Source of the DNA: Hydrolagus colliei | Taxonomy: Eukaryota | DNA length: 64,000 nt | Direction: 5' to 3' | Assembly (NCBI GenBank): GCA_035084275.1 | Contig: CM068750.1 | Coordinates: forward strand, 9,982,001-10,046,000 | Part shown: in pieces, positions 1 through 13,720 of the stretch | How positions within the stretch are numbered: position 1 is the stretch's first letter | How the letters are laid out: every line of letters starts with the position of its first letter | Made by a program: the position numbers and the translations under genes | The notes under the pieces: model-generated | Database searches by the model: none | What the model was told of the DNA's origin: nothing | What the model saw: the letters and a program-made list of their open reading frames with translations, nothing else

Positions 1-184
1 GCCTGATGCTGGGTGGATAGAAATGAGTGGAAGAATCATTGATAATGTGTCAGGCTCTTCAGAGGTTTGATTAGCTCTCTGACTAATGCCATGCTAAGCA
101 GAAACATTACTCTACCCTGAGAGAAGAAAAATATTCTTCAGGGAAATTAACTGATACCAATGAAACAGTGTACCAAGGAAATTC

Positions 185-430
185 TTGGATAAATTAACAA
201 CGCAATTACATTACATGACACATTGTGAGATGGATGAGAAAAACTTTGCTGGTATTATGTTCTATTTTCAAATTGCAATTTATTTGAGGGCTTTAATGGA
301 CGTCTTATTAAAACATCACCACACTGGTCAGGTTTCATCATGTGTCAATAAGTGTGTGATTAATGACACTGTCTGTGGCATTCTCTGCAGCTTGCAGTAA
401 ATTTAAACAGAAAGCAGTAAAAGCAAAACA
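185..430. promoter_or_regulatory. Candidate conserved non-coding element with Pbx-Hox/Meis composite site
   Basis: TGATTAATGACACTGTC at 357-373, plus additional TGACA/TGTCA and TAAT motifs. Confidence 0.35.
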
Positions 431-2699
431 TGCGCTTGAGAAAAAGGGATTGACTCAGAGAGAGAGGTAGAGAGCTTGGTTTCTAAACAAAACAATTATA
501 AATGAAAGCTAACATTCATAGCAATAATATATTATTGAAAATGTAGTAAATGGTTATATCAGATATTTGCCAATGCTCATATCTCTTCCTTTTAATAAAC
601 TCAACATTATTTGTGCATTAAGCTAAAATTATTTTGACAGCCTTTCTAAAGATTAAATGCTTATAGCTAAAAGCACATCTTATGTGTAAATGTATTGGAG
701 GGTAACTTGCGATCCCGACTCAATAAGTAAGTGAGAGAACCAGTGGGTTGACAATACATGTGAGTGAGGAACACCCAATAAAATGATAAAGGTCTTCCCT
801 GCAAGTTGATTAAGCTGGGGAGTCCAGTGCTCTCTGCTGTGTGTGCTGTTTGTTTAAAATAAAACCACACGATTTTTGTTTTTAATGAGGATCATTAAAA
901 GTGTAGCACTCTGTTTAATAGCACACATTGTGACCTGCCTTTCACCCCTCTCCAGATGTGACTGGGGTGACTGGGCATCATCTTGGAGATCCTTTATCAG
1001 GGACATATTAAATTTCCAGGAACGTTTGTTTTCAAATACCGCTTCATTCATGAGTGAAAACTAGTTGCAATAGCAAGGTTGTCAGATCATGAGATCAATT
1101 TTATATCATACTGAAGTATCATACCATCATTTATCAAGTAGTTGGGTTCTCATATAATTTAGGCCTTTTTTTTCTTCTAGTTTCTGATCAAATCAACTCC
1201 TTACATAATCTACAGTTCCATGTCAATATTACTTTACTATGGTAGTTTCTTTTTGCATTTCTGAGTGTATAGTATCTATGGCAAGATGTGGGAAGCTTGC
1301 CAGATAGCACGCTCAATAGCAAGCTGTGCTGTTTTAGCTGGTTAAACTAGTGGTATGCGAGCACACACTCTGGAAACCCATGCCTTGACTCTTGCCAAAC
1401 TGCCCAAATACTCTCAGAATTTAGGTAAATGGCAGGGTGTATCCCTCCAGGGAGAGAATGCACATTCTATTCCAGACAAGGAAAAATTTGTGCAATCCAC
1501 ATTTGGAACTCTATCTGCTTTGGGACGTCCTCATGACGTGAAAGACGCTATACAAGTGTAATTTTATTGTTGTAGTTGTTGTTGGTTTGGATACTCTTAA
1601 ACAAGGTGATAGGTCTCATCCGTCTCGGACACCCTGCTGACCAAAAAAATGGTGGAGAATAAAGTATTTTTATTTCAGCCAGCACTATTCAGTCAGTTTT
1701 TACAGTACTTGTTCTGCATGAACTGAACAACATGTTGTATGTTAGTGAAAGCTGAGTTCTCTCCCCTCTTGCATCACTGTAATGTTGTGAAAGTCAGATC
1801 TTAACTCACTGAAGAACACTCAATGGCATTCATCGAAAGCTGCTTGCCAGCTCAGACTGCCACTAAAGAGAGGTTCAAACCTGAACCTTTGCACAGCTTA
1901 CATGGGACGTGCCTTTATCCACTGTACTATGTGAGAGGCTTAAAACACTGCTTTAATAAACAAATCTGGACCTGTATAATGAACTGAATCTTGAGCCAAG
2001 GCAGCCAGCCATCATGCCTCAGCCTGAACATATAAAGATCACTCTGGTATTGATAATTTTAGCCTCTAGCTCATTTCAGATCCTACAAAGGATCTAGCTG
2101 GCATAAGCCTGGTGTCTATGATGTGTTTTTGTCTCTGGTGATTTCAGTTGTCAGGAGAACAGATAAAGCCATCCATCTATCATGGATTGTCCAGCACTAA
2201 CAGTAGGTCACACATGAAAATCCCAATATTCTGAGCTAAATGATGAACTATGTTGAATATGTTGTTGCATTTCCTAAACATGTAGGTAGTCTGCCAAACC
2301 AAATATCATGTTACCCTTTAACCATTCCGTTGTTTGGATGATCTCTTTTGTTATTAGAAAAGTTATCAGTTAATGAGTGTTCTTCCTCTTGTAGCCCAAT
2401 GCAGAATGGAAAATGTAAAGAAACCTTGAAGCATCATTTAAGGCCATTCAAACCTTGTTTTACTTTCCTTTTTGGAGTAGGAAGAGTTATGATGAATCTT
2501 GACTTAACCCAATGAGGATCTATGCAGGTGAATGAAATTTGTTGTATGGCAGGAGTACGATTCAGATGTTACATGATCTGTTTCAGCTGCTGAGAAAGTA
2601 AAGTTTCCAACAAGTTTTCTCCCTGCTGGAAAGTTAATTGATCAAAACTCCAGAATATTTAATCCAATTTTACAGACTCCATTTGTCATCCATAGTGTG

Positions 2700-3075
2700 T
2701 AAAATTGTCTGCCTCTGCTTAAACTGCATTAAATCTTCAAGTCCTGGCCAGATATTTATTGAGCTCTCCTGTAAAAGGCAATCAACACAACATTAATACT
2801 TATGCTGGGAGTTCCTTCTACATTTTACTACAGTGCTTGTAGAGGGAAGAGAAGAGAGAATTATTCCTATCTCCAGGCTTGCCTGAAGAAAATTAATTCT
2901 GTACTTGTCCTCCAGTTGTGTGCTCCTTTGCCCCTCTAGCTTGCATACATTTTCATTGTCCATCTCTTATAGCACTTAAGGAACCTGGATCTTGATCCCT
3001 CTTTATATTCTTTTCTTCAGGGAGATTTTTCGTCATAAATTACAACCCTAAGTTGCAGAATCCTATTGAACACTT
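2700..3075 (-). mobile_element. Highly decayed CR1-like 3' fragment
   Basis: Reverse-strand resemblance to a CR1 ORF2 end (GGGAGTTCCTTCTACATTTTACTAC..., GTACTTGTCCTCCAGTT). Judged by eye only. Confidence 0.35.
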
Positions 3076-3544
3076 GAATCTTGGCAGGGATAAGGGAGGT
3101 AAGTTCAGAGAAGCCAGGGTCATAAGAGAATTAAGATAAAACAAAGTTAAGATTGGGAAAATGATGGAATATAAGGTGTGTGTGGTATTGGGAAGTGGGT
3201 GGGAAGATGAGGGAAGTGAGACTATTTCATTGGACCAGATTTCTTTGAATATCATTTATCCCACTTATGCTTGTCACCTAACCACAGAATTTTTTTCTTG
3301 TAATATTATACAAAGTATTCCTACAGATGATTTCTAAATAGCACAGCACAGGTCTGTCCTCAACTCGAATGACCGCTAACCTGAATAGAGCTTTTAACAT
3401 TTTTCACCATCTTCTGCTGGTTTCCAATCCAGCTGCTTAATTTGTCATTAATTCCATAAAGCTCCCAGCTCTATTTAAAGTTTGCAAATGCAAGTAAACA
3501 CTGTCAACGTGCAGTCTTCATCTACTATCAAAACTATGTTTGGC

Positions 3545-3655
3545 CCAGAAAATATATAGGCACAATATACACTGTGCAGTATATTTCATGAAGCACTTTG
3601 AGATATCTCATAAGGGGCTATATCGAATGCAAGGATTATTATTTACTATTATTAT
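3545..3655 (+). mobile_element. SINE 3' tail remnant
   Basis: TGAAGCACTTTGAGA...GCTATATCGAATGCAAGGATTATT. Confidence 0.75.
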
Positions 3656-6600
3656 CTTGAGGTACTTCCTATTTCTGCCTTAATGCTGGTCACTTCTCCA
3701 GTTAAGATGGAACTAGATAGTAGTTTCTGGTTACTACTTTTTGTGAATTAATTTACTCCCAAATTACTCGGTACATCTTCTTGGTCTGTGGTGTGCATCT
3801 TTCAATATTTATATATCATCTGTTTCTGATAATGCTGCTTTCCCACAGAGGTTCCCAGCTTCTTTCCAATGCTTTCTGTAACTGCTCAATTTTGAGGCCT
3901 ATTGCCTAACCTCAATGGAATAGAATGCTTCACATTTTAGACTTTGTTTCCTTGTAGCTCCAATCTACTGTACTCTGCTAGTGTTCTACAGTATAACAGT
4001 CAATCAGATCTTCAAGTCAAGAAGATTGGGAGTTAATGGAATGATTAAGAGAATTGAATTTCTAAGCTACGCAGGCAGAATATTGTAGCATCTTTTTAAA
4101 TAAAATTGGGAACTTTCATTGTGTGCAAGAGTGAATGTTTACTTTGTTTGAAAGTTTGGAATAGCAGTTTGCTAAAAAGCACAGCATTTTATCCACCATA
4201 CTATCAATAACTATTCTGAGCAATCTGTTTTAAAAAGATGTTGCAATATACTGTGAAGCATGAATGTGAGGTTATAAATATTAATATCTTTTAATATTAT
4301 TGAATTAATAGCAAATTCTGCAGAAATGTCTCATTCTTTAGATTGCTATCACTTTAAATGTCAATACAATATTTCTATGAAGCTATATGCATTGCAGGGA
4401 TAATTTGAATGAACAGAATTGTAAAACTTGTTTGACAATATGTAATAACAGTATGCTGACAAGAAAGAAATAATCAAATGTTTCATCGTGAAACTATTTA
4501 TAAAGAAACAAGAACAATGCATTAATTTTCAAATATTTCATTTGCTGTAGACAAATGAGAAACATGCACTTTGTGTACATTTTATTAAATATATAAATAA
4601 ACTCTCGTGATTTAACATGAATCAATTTGGCAAGCTGCAAGTTATTGATACAATTTTAAATGTGCTTTTATAAACCTTGGAAAGGACTCATCAGATCTCT
4701 CCTCTTCTGTCTCTAATTGAACAGGAAAGGTTGCAGGAGTCGAGGCAAAATAACAAGGCCACAAACTTAATGTGTTTAGGTTGCTACTTTGCTCTACGCT
4801 TAATAAATAATTTATATTATCAGCGAGTGCTGGCTGTGAGTTCCTCTGGGTCTCAGTGCTCTCTATCCTATGCATGTTATATTTCAATGACTATTTACTG
4901 TTTGCAATTTAATGTACTTTACAAAATGTTCTGGCAATGTTACAGTTGTTGCATTGCAATATAATGATATTTTAAATGATTTAATATCTTTTTAATGGGT
5001 TATTCAATAGATGCATCATATCATTCATAAAATGCTCCCTTTCTTTTTTTCCCCCCCAGTTATTCTGAATCATAATTTAGTGGTCGCATTCTAGCACACA
5101 ATGAAAAGTTTAAATATCCAGAATGCATTGAAGCCTTTATGCATTTTAAATGACTGAGCTAAGGACCCATTTTAAATTCAAATACACTAACTTAAAATTA
5201 CATTGTCAATGGGAATATCATTGTCGCGGATTTTAAAAATTGGTGTCATTATAATTTTAGCACAGCATGTCTAAAATCCTCCACGGGGGCAAATTTCTTC
5301 TCTGCAAGTCATGTCCTCAGGTCTGTCCCAAAACCGCAAATCGTATGCCGTGTGACAGTGGCTAGGTCCCTTGCAATCTGCTGAATTAAAATTCAGCTGT
5401 CTGTAAGTGAGATTAATCACTTCTCTGCCTTGGCTTTTTCTTATGCACTGAACGAGGTGCCAGTGAGGCTGTGGTATTTGGTTACATGTGGAATGATTTG
5501 TAATTCTGAGTAATCACTTAGGACAAGCCCTTACACCATTTTATCTATACATGACTGTAGGCCAAAGTCAATACTCATAGTAAAATAATGAGTTGAGGCT
5601 AACTGAACCCTTTTATTAATGCTCAAAGGAATAAATATGATGCTTCACTTTTCCCATTGAAAGTATCCTTTTCTTCCAAATTGACTGGGAGGTCAGTATT
5701 GCAGGGTAGCGTCTAAGGTACCTGTTTCATCTCAGAAGTGTGCCGTATTCACAGGGTGTTTAACCACAATACCCCAACAACAACAATAGCAGTGACTCGT
5801 AGCATCAGGTGCTGGCAGTTCAGCAAATTCGCCTTTTTTTTAACCTTTGTCTGCCGAGGAAGGTGCCAGTGGAATCCATAAGCGATCAGAACGAGAGACG
5901 TTCCTTTGGCTTCTCACTTTCCGCAGCATCACAATGCATGTGAAACCCAATCCATAAAAGTGGATTTTTTTTTGGAACAGTTGGAAACAGTTGAGGAGAA
6001 GCACTTCTTTCTGTACGCTGGCCCTACTCCAAGAACACTTCAGGTTCAACAGCTGTGCAGAAACACATGGCACCAAAGCTTCATTTTTCATAATTGGAGA
6101 CAATTTTAATAAATAATTATTTTGAAATTGCTACATCATCATAATTTGCTGCATGGGAAAACCATCATCAAAATCATACTATGCATTCTGAGTAATATCA
6201 ATTATTTCAATCATTTCCTCATGTTTATTGCGAGCAGAACTGAACAGAATGCAGATTATGCAGTTTTAAAGTATTGCTGCAATCTTCTGAGTAGATGCCC
6301 CTCAGTCTCAAAGTTTAAACTGCTCTGGAATATTCAAAGAGAAAATGTGTATTCCCTACAGTACAACAGAGGACTGGGTCAGGGTTGGTAAATATGAGTA
6401 GAGTGAGAACTATAATTACATCCAGAATAGAAGTTAATACTTTCCCATTTCTCTTCTGACTACATTTTTGTTCTTTAAAACAGTGAACCTAGATAGCAGC
6501 CTACCGCACTTTGAAAGATTTGTGTAAAGTTTGAAGCATTCGACATGAATTTCTTCAAAGAAGGCAATTGGGTAATAGCCAACTATCTTCTTAGAAGGTT

Positions 6601-9600
6601 AATAAAAATGGTAGACCTTTGATATGATGCTGTCTGAAACTTAATGCCTACTTGTGTGCATCCGATTATTGAAAGTATCAATGTGTACCATAGGAAGATT
6701 TTTACAGTAAAGAAATACCATCCCTTTAAGGAACAGTCAAGGATGATCAGAGTTGATACTTGGATATACTGAGTTTGTTAAATTAGTTTTGTTTATTCTT
6801 TGTCATCTATGCATGCCTCTTTGTGAAACTGGCACTCTCTATGCTCTCTGTATCTTCCCTCACGGCTGCAGCACAAACACAGAGCAGCATGGCCCTCAGT
6901 GGGTACTAAATATGTTCTCTATGTCTTGCATTGAACAGTATTATCTGCATATAACTTATTATGTTCTGCTGGCAATCATATAAATTATTGAAAAGAAAAA
7001 TGAAGGACAACTAAGTGTAAACGTATACCCGTAACTCTTTAAAGATAATTGAAGTGGTTTTATGCTAAAAATTAATCCAAACAGGATGTTTCATTTATTT
7101 TACTGGAAATAACACATACTACTTGAGCCCTTTTATTTTAGAAAATATATTATATAATATTTAGTATTATGGATATACCCAGTTATGTTTTAGGAGGTAC
7201 AAGGCCCAACCAGCGCTCACGGGATTAATTGAGAAAGGCATAGGTAGTTCAGTGGATGTAATACAAATATTATAAATCCCATTATAAACTCTCACTGCCA
7301 AGGTCTGCAAATTTAGAGGCCGGTGGAGAAAGCATTATTTTAATTTGCCAAGACCAGTCAAGTTACTGAAGACATGGGAATAACCCCTTCAGTCTCTTCT
7401 TAGCCTGGTTTAAAATGCATTTTTTCAGCACGATTATTTACCTTGGAATAAATGGCTAACAGATGCACAGCAAATTCCCAAACTAGATACTCTTCTCTCA
7501 TCCCGGCACTGAAGTGAAGGGGCAAGCGTAGCATAACTCTGAATTGCTCAGTCTTCAACCCAATTTCCTTTTATGTAAATCAAACTGCTCTGTGAGGCTA
7601 TAGGGACTTTTCACCCTTGTTGGGCTGGAGAGCCTAGATATGGTTTGGTGGTATTTGGATTTGCACTGTGTAATCTGTAGCACAGATGAAAGAGCTCTAA
7701 CGTGCAGATCAGTTTCATCTGTGCCAAGGAGCTTGGTTAATGCCATTAGCGCATTAACGCTAAAGGTTATAAAGGAAGCTTGAACATGAGTGTCAACTTT
7801 CACACCAAAAAAATCAAGTACTTTGAAGCCATTACTTGAGCAGAGAGGTTTATGCACTGATTTCATACTGGCTCTTAGATTATGCATGGTGTACACCAGC
7901 TACTTGATACCACGATGAGCTCAATGTCTCTAGCGTTCAGGTGAATAAACTGGCAAGTTAGAGATGTTTGCATTGCATTTTAGATGGAACACATTACACT
8001 TGTAAAACTGTGGAGGGAAAAAAGCCACCTAATGTTCCCAAAATGTAACAATGACAATGCAAAATGTAATAATTCAGTACATGGAAGGTTTTTCAAGGCT
8101 AAGTCGGATGAATTGCCCTTTAGTAAAACTGAGTTCTGTAGCTGACAGAGGTTTGTAATATCTGGTCATTACGCTGACAAAAAAAACACCAATTACAGTA
8201 CACTGCTTCCATCTCTTTGACAATATCTGACAAGAAATTTGTGTGATGCATGATGACTGCTGGCAAGATCAATCTAGCAATAGCTTTATGATAGCTGAAT
8301 AATAACTTGGCAAAAGCTTAACAATGTTCAGTTGGGTATAGCCGCAATAAAAGTACCGTAGTGCATCATCAATAATACTTGTGTTTTGAACTGACACAAT
8401 TGAAATGCACTCAATGTTACTTTGCACAATAGTGTCATGTGTGATTTTTCTGTAGATGTAGTTTTAATATATCGAGGAACTCTAGCACTTCCCCAGTGAT
8501 CTGCCCAGCCAAGGAAAGATTCCCATCGTAAATGAATGAACCTTATTTGGAAATGAGTCCTGGGGATTGGAATAAACTTTCAAGATTAAAAAAAGGTCCT
8601 ATTGATAGGATCACAGGAACTATCAGTCATTTGTCAACTTGTTAAATGCTTTATTATTGTCTGGGGATAAAGGAAGGAAGACGAGAATAAAGCTTACCAT
8701 TTATACCCATGTAAACAATGCCTTATTAATAATTGTCCTTAAATATCTCTGCTCATTACATTTTATTACAGCTGGATTGATTGCAGCTGAAATAATTTTT
8801 GTTGCTGGCTTTTATTCTTAACTCATTTTAGCTTCCAAGTTAGCAGCATGTTTCTCACGAGTTATGATATATCTATCCATGGCTGTGCTTTTTATTTTCA
8901 TTGTGTTTTATATGTTAATTTTTTTCTCTCCTTACTTTAAAGTTTTTCTCTGTGCCTCCTTGCTCCAAACCCTATTCTTCACGGAAATGTAGGCAGCCTT
9001 TATCCCAGGCCTATGCCTATTGGCACTGTATAACCATCTGTTGAGAAGATGAGCAATAGTAAGTGATGTAACTCCTTCAATGTATTGCCTGTCGTTGGTG
9101 ACATTCTCATCTTCTATTTGCTACTTCCCAGTGGTTGTGTGATTGAGATTAATTCATTCAGAATATGGCTCTATTTGTTGGGTGTTCAATATGTTATGCC
9201 ACCGCATCACCCATCTCATTCAATCCTTTCAAAGTTGCTTCTTAACTAACCTTATGATGTGTAGGAGGAGTATTTTAATCCTAATCAGTCTTCATTTATT
9301 CAGAGCAAAAAAAAATCATTCACCACAGAAAAATGGAACTGAAATTCCTTTGGACCTAGAATTCAACCCTTGTCAAGAGTCCAACATAGCATTGCACTAT
9401 GGGACTCTGGTATTGTATATTTTTAAATGAGATGTATCTTCAGCTTTGTATGAAATATGCATGTTCTAATATCCACAGAGAAACTGTGCATCAGTCTACA
9501 TAATGCTGTCAAAGGCTGATCAGAAACACATGTTAACGCCTTACTCAAAGCATTCTTATACAGGTTGCATTGATCTTTCTGACCGAAAAGCATCAGGTGT

Positions 9601-10487
9601 CAGGGTGACGTCCCAAGGATCTGATCTGATGCATTGTTTGTGGCCAGCAAAGGCTTTTGAAGCCCTGTTCTATGATCCAGGATTTAAACATTAGATGTTC
9701 TTCTACGCGTCAGCAATTTCAATCTGCGGTGAGTAATGTGGCAGAACAAATAGTTTAAAGGTGAAGGGTTAAAGTAATGAGTCACAAGGCAATACGTTTT
9801 TGTTCTGAGAAAAGTCCAAATGTTTGTAATGCAGACTTTTAGAAACTGAATTTGCATGAAATATTGTGAAATATTATTTTACATAAAGCTGTTGTTGGTG
9901 CATTGGAATCCTGCAGAGTTCAAAGACGGCTGCTCAGTCCGTAAAAAAAAAAAAACAGCTGGTGAGCAAGTGTTGGGGGCATTGCTCTTTTTCACATTTT
10001 TGTGTTAAATTTAAAACATATTTTGCTACTGTAACTTCGAGAATTAGTTTGTAACTTGTCCTATAGCGATCAGCAGAGACACTGCAGGTCAGGCAAGGGA
10101 CTGCATCAGAAATGATGAAAACATGCCATAGCTGTTCAAGATTGTTTCATATGCAACATTTCATTTCATTTCCGAAATTGTGGAAATTCCAGGAAAATCA
10201 AGGATTTGCATTATGGACCAGTAACAAGGCCTTGTTATAGTCGTGTTAGTAATTTTACAAAATAGTTTGTTGAAATTGAGTTTATTCACTTTTAATACCA
10301 ATACTTTCACAGCATATTTTATTGTATTCTTTTGATGAATGTCACTGGTGATATATTTTTCTTATTATTCAGCCCAAAGTCTCAAACTGTGCCTTACATT
10401 TGATCAAATTTCCCCTCTTTTTCTTTTGTCATTATCGAATTATGAGATTGTCCAGTCTTCCAAGTGTTTCCATTTTCTCTTTATGTA

Positions 10488-10700
10488 GCCAGAAGTCTTT
10501 GGGTTCAAGACCCACATAGGGACTCACATTGTCTAGGCTGACACTCCATGCAATAATGGAAGTGTGCTACACTCTTGGAAGTGCCATCCTTTGGGTGAGA
10601 TGTTTAGCCAAGGTCCTGTTCAGATCGAGTATTGAAAAAGAAAAGGGAGTTTCCCCTGCTGTCCTATCCAGCAACGCCCCCAAATAAAATTGGTTAATTG
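10488..10700 (+). mobile_element. Deu-domain-like SINE fragment
   Basis: GGGTTCAAGACCCAC, TCTAGGCTGACACTCC, GGAAGTGCCATCCTTTGGGTGAGATGTT, GGGAGTTTCCCC. Confidence 0.7.
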
Positions 10701-13199
10701 TCAGACAGACAATTCATTAGTCTACAATGTGTACATCTTGCCACCTTCCTAAAATGAAGGTGAATTAACTCACTACCACCATAAGAGTGAAGTTTCATTC
10801 AATAAATCTTACAATCTAGTTAGACCTGAGATTGGGTAAGACATGCACAGAACCAGAGATGATTGCTTTATGTTACTAGTTATTGTACTTGACCAATCAC
10901 TTCACCACCAGCGTCATTGTGCTGTGGAAACATTGCCTTGCCTTGAACCAGCACCAACCATGTGCCCTTCAAGTGAGTCTGGCAGATTTTGTCTTTAGAA
11001 GTGGTTCCGTTCAGTTTTTGAAAACAAACTACTGTACATGTAATTCAATCCCCAGTTTCAACACAAATGATATTCATTGTTCAAAACCAGAAAAACCTAT
11101 AAAATGCAGCAACATAAAATTGGTAACTGACCTTTGCATTATACAGCCAGTGTAAGCAGTCCCTTAACAGTTTCACACCCTTGCTTACCACAGACAATGA
11201 ATTAATCTACTGTTACCACTGTCTATGTTGTTTCACCAGTGTATCATATAAATTTACACAGCCTTAACCAATGTAGACCACAGTAAAACTGCACGCACAT
11301 TCTTAAAGTAATAACCTTAAAAAAAGTTAAGGTACAAGCAGTTATGAGTTGGAAATAAATGGATTGAAAAATTGAGTATTTATACCTTAAAATATTTTTG
11401 AAGTTTCACATACAATACTCTAATACTTATAAGGTTGCAGCCTTTAACCTCTTGAGGACTGTAAGATATCTTCAGTTCTGAGAAATAAATAACTCAAATG
11501 CTCAATTCTGCTCAGTGTAATTGAGGTTGGTGTGAAGTGCACATGTGGCACGAGTTGTAAATTCTATTGTCACTCACTTTCAGCATTATCGTCACCCTTA
11601 TCCAAACATAATTTTAATTCTGAGATGATACTTTGGTAAACAAGTTACATGTTTGTGGGGGATTCAGCTATATTTTCAAGAGCAATGTGACAGAACATCC
11701 TGGATGTTAATTTTGTGGTGCGCACATTTTGTGACAGTCCTCATGAGGCTCAAATACAGTTTTATTCAGTACGTACTTTGTTTTAAATGCAGTAGTATAA
11801 TGGGGATTAGCTGAATCCTTGATGCTAGTAAGGAAGGTCCCCATTTCTTAGAATATAGTGTTGTTCCTGCTCTGAACATGGCTGTAAGCCAGTATAAATT
11901 TTGAGATTGTAATTATATTTACATTATTGCTCTAATTAAATCAGGTAACATGGTAAAACAGCTTGCTTGTAATCCTATAATACTTCAGAATTTTACCTCC
12001 AAATGTCCCACTGCACTGCCATTCAATAAGGACAAAGCAAAGTAAAGATTGTGTAAAAAAATGTTCTCCACTGTTTTATTTGCAGCCTATTAACAACTGT
12101 TACTGGAGGTTTAATTATACCCCCGTGATCTGGAGATACAGCAGATTTCTGTCATTTTCTCCTCTGGGAATGGTTCATAGTTACCAGCATCCATTATCCC
12201 TGCCTGTAAGCTGATGCTTTTTTATTACCAGTGCAATAATCACTGCATCTTTGGGAACATCTGTTCTGCGTGCTATGTGTGGAGATCCCAGTGCCTGTCA
12301 GCTACTGGCTTTATATGATGACCCCATGCCCTCTTGCTCAGTTTACAGCTAATTTGTTTAGGAGAATTCTGCAGATCTGCCTACACACTATCACTGCCAG
12401 AGTGCAATTAATAGTTCAGATTTACAAACAAAGGGATTCTGCTTCTCTCTAAACTTCAGCACTTGTTTTGGTATGGGTGACTTCACTGAATTGCCCTGCA
12501 ACGAATATTCACAGCAGATGGATCTGTAAACCAGTAAAATGTTATCCAGGCAGCCTTCCGGCAGCAGTAGTGCTCCCTGCCACCATTTAGAAAATAACAG
12601 GCATATAGTATTTGAGGGCAGGCTTTTTTTTATTTGGCAGATTGTGTTTCTATTCTGAGTTTTACAGATTATTTTGGGGAACAAAAGTCATTGTCTGGGA
12701 AAGCGTAAGCCATTCCATTTTATTTATTGTTGTAATGGTCCCGCCACGGATTAAAATATTGCCGTAACTTTTCCAACAAAAAGACAATCATTGGAACAGC
12801 ACCTTCAAGTAAATGAGATGTGAAATCTCTTTTTATGATTAATTTCTTGTCACCTTGCTGTTCGCTTCCTATTTTGTCAGCTGTGACATTCCTGATCAAG
12901 GATTACAGTTTGTTAAATAGAGGTATAAATATGCAAAATATGTATATGCAGTATATATTTGCCAGTGTAAAATTTAAGTACCCATCTACTTTCGCTGACA
13001 GGAAGTCATTTACTACATTTCATTAATGTTGTGGTTGTAAACTATGCTTTAGAGTGGAGCTAATCCTAACCTTTGTACACTGCATGTGACAAAAAGGCCC
13101 ATTTATTTTGTCTTGCATTGAAGATAATTCTTAAAATGTGAACACTACAAATATCTGAATATCATCCTTAATTATTCTACCTGACCAGAGTAGCTACAA

Positions 13200-13720
13200 G
13201 CGGTATAGAACCAATCAGAGCAGCCTAAACCACAAAGAGGTGTGTGAAGGTGCAGTCAGCGAGTGGCTCTGTTGACCATTTTTAAACACGTCTTTGCAGC
13301 AGCTCCGTTGCAGGAAAGTAATGTAATTATAAATAACCTTTCAAAAATTTTAATACTCAATTGCGTTGCCTGCAATTTTATGACTTTGGTCATAAAACCC
13401 AATCCTGTGCCATAACCTATATTAAACATTTACATAAAAGATTGTCTTAGAATGTGTAAAGCCTTTTTTACATTTATTTATGGCAGGTTTATTGCCCATG
13501 TCCATTATTTGAATTTGACGCATTATATATTTTGGAGAGCATATTGTTTTTCTTTATTAACTAAATGGCACTAACCGAGAAAAAAATCAAAATCAGTGTC
13601 AAATTGATGCAAGCATTTTTTTAAACAAAAAAAGTACATCAATCATGTTTCATCTATTTTACTAAATGTCAGTCAGAAGAGGAATACATGTTAAAGACCA
13701 TTTTATGGCTCGAGATTTAC
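13200..13720. promoter_or_regulatory. Candidate conserved non-coding enhancer (posterior Hox/Cdx site cluster)
   Basis: No recognisable repeat. Contains TTTTATGAC-N4-GTCATAAAA, CATAAAA, TTTATGG, TTTATTG and TTTTATGG within ~350 bp. Confidence 0.5.

Noticed and set aside
5380-5397. 8-bp inverted repeat GCTGAATT-AA-AATTCAGC
   Set aside because: Short enough to occur by chance in 64 kb of AT-rich sequence; no terminator or other context in a vertebrate genome.
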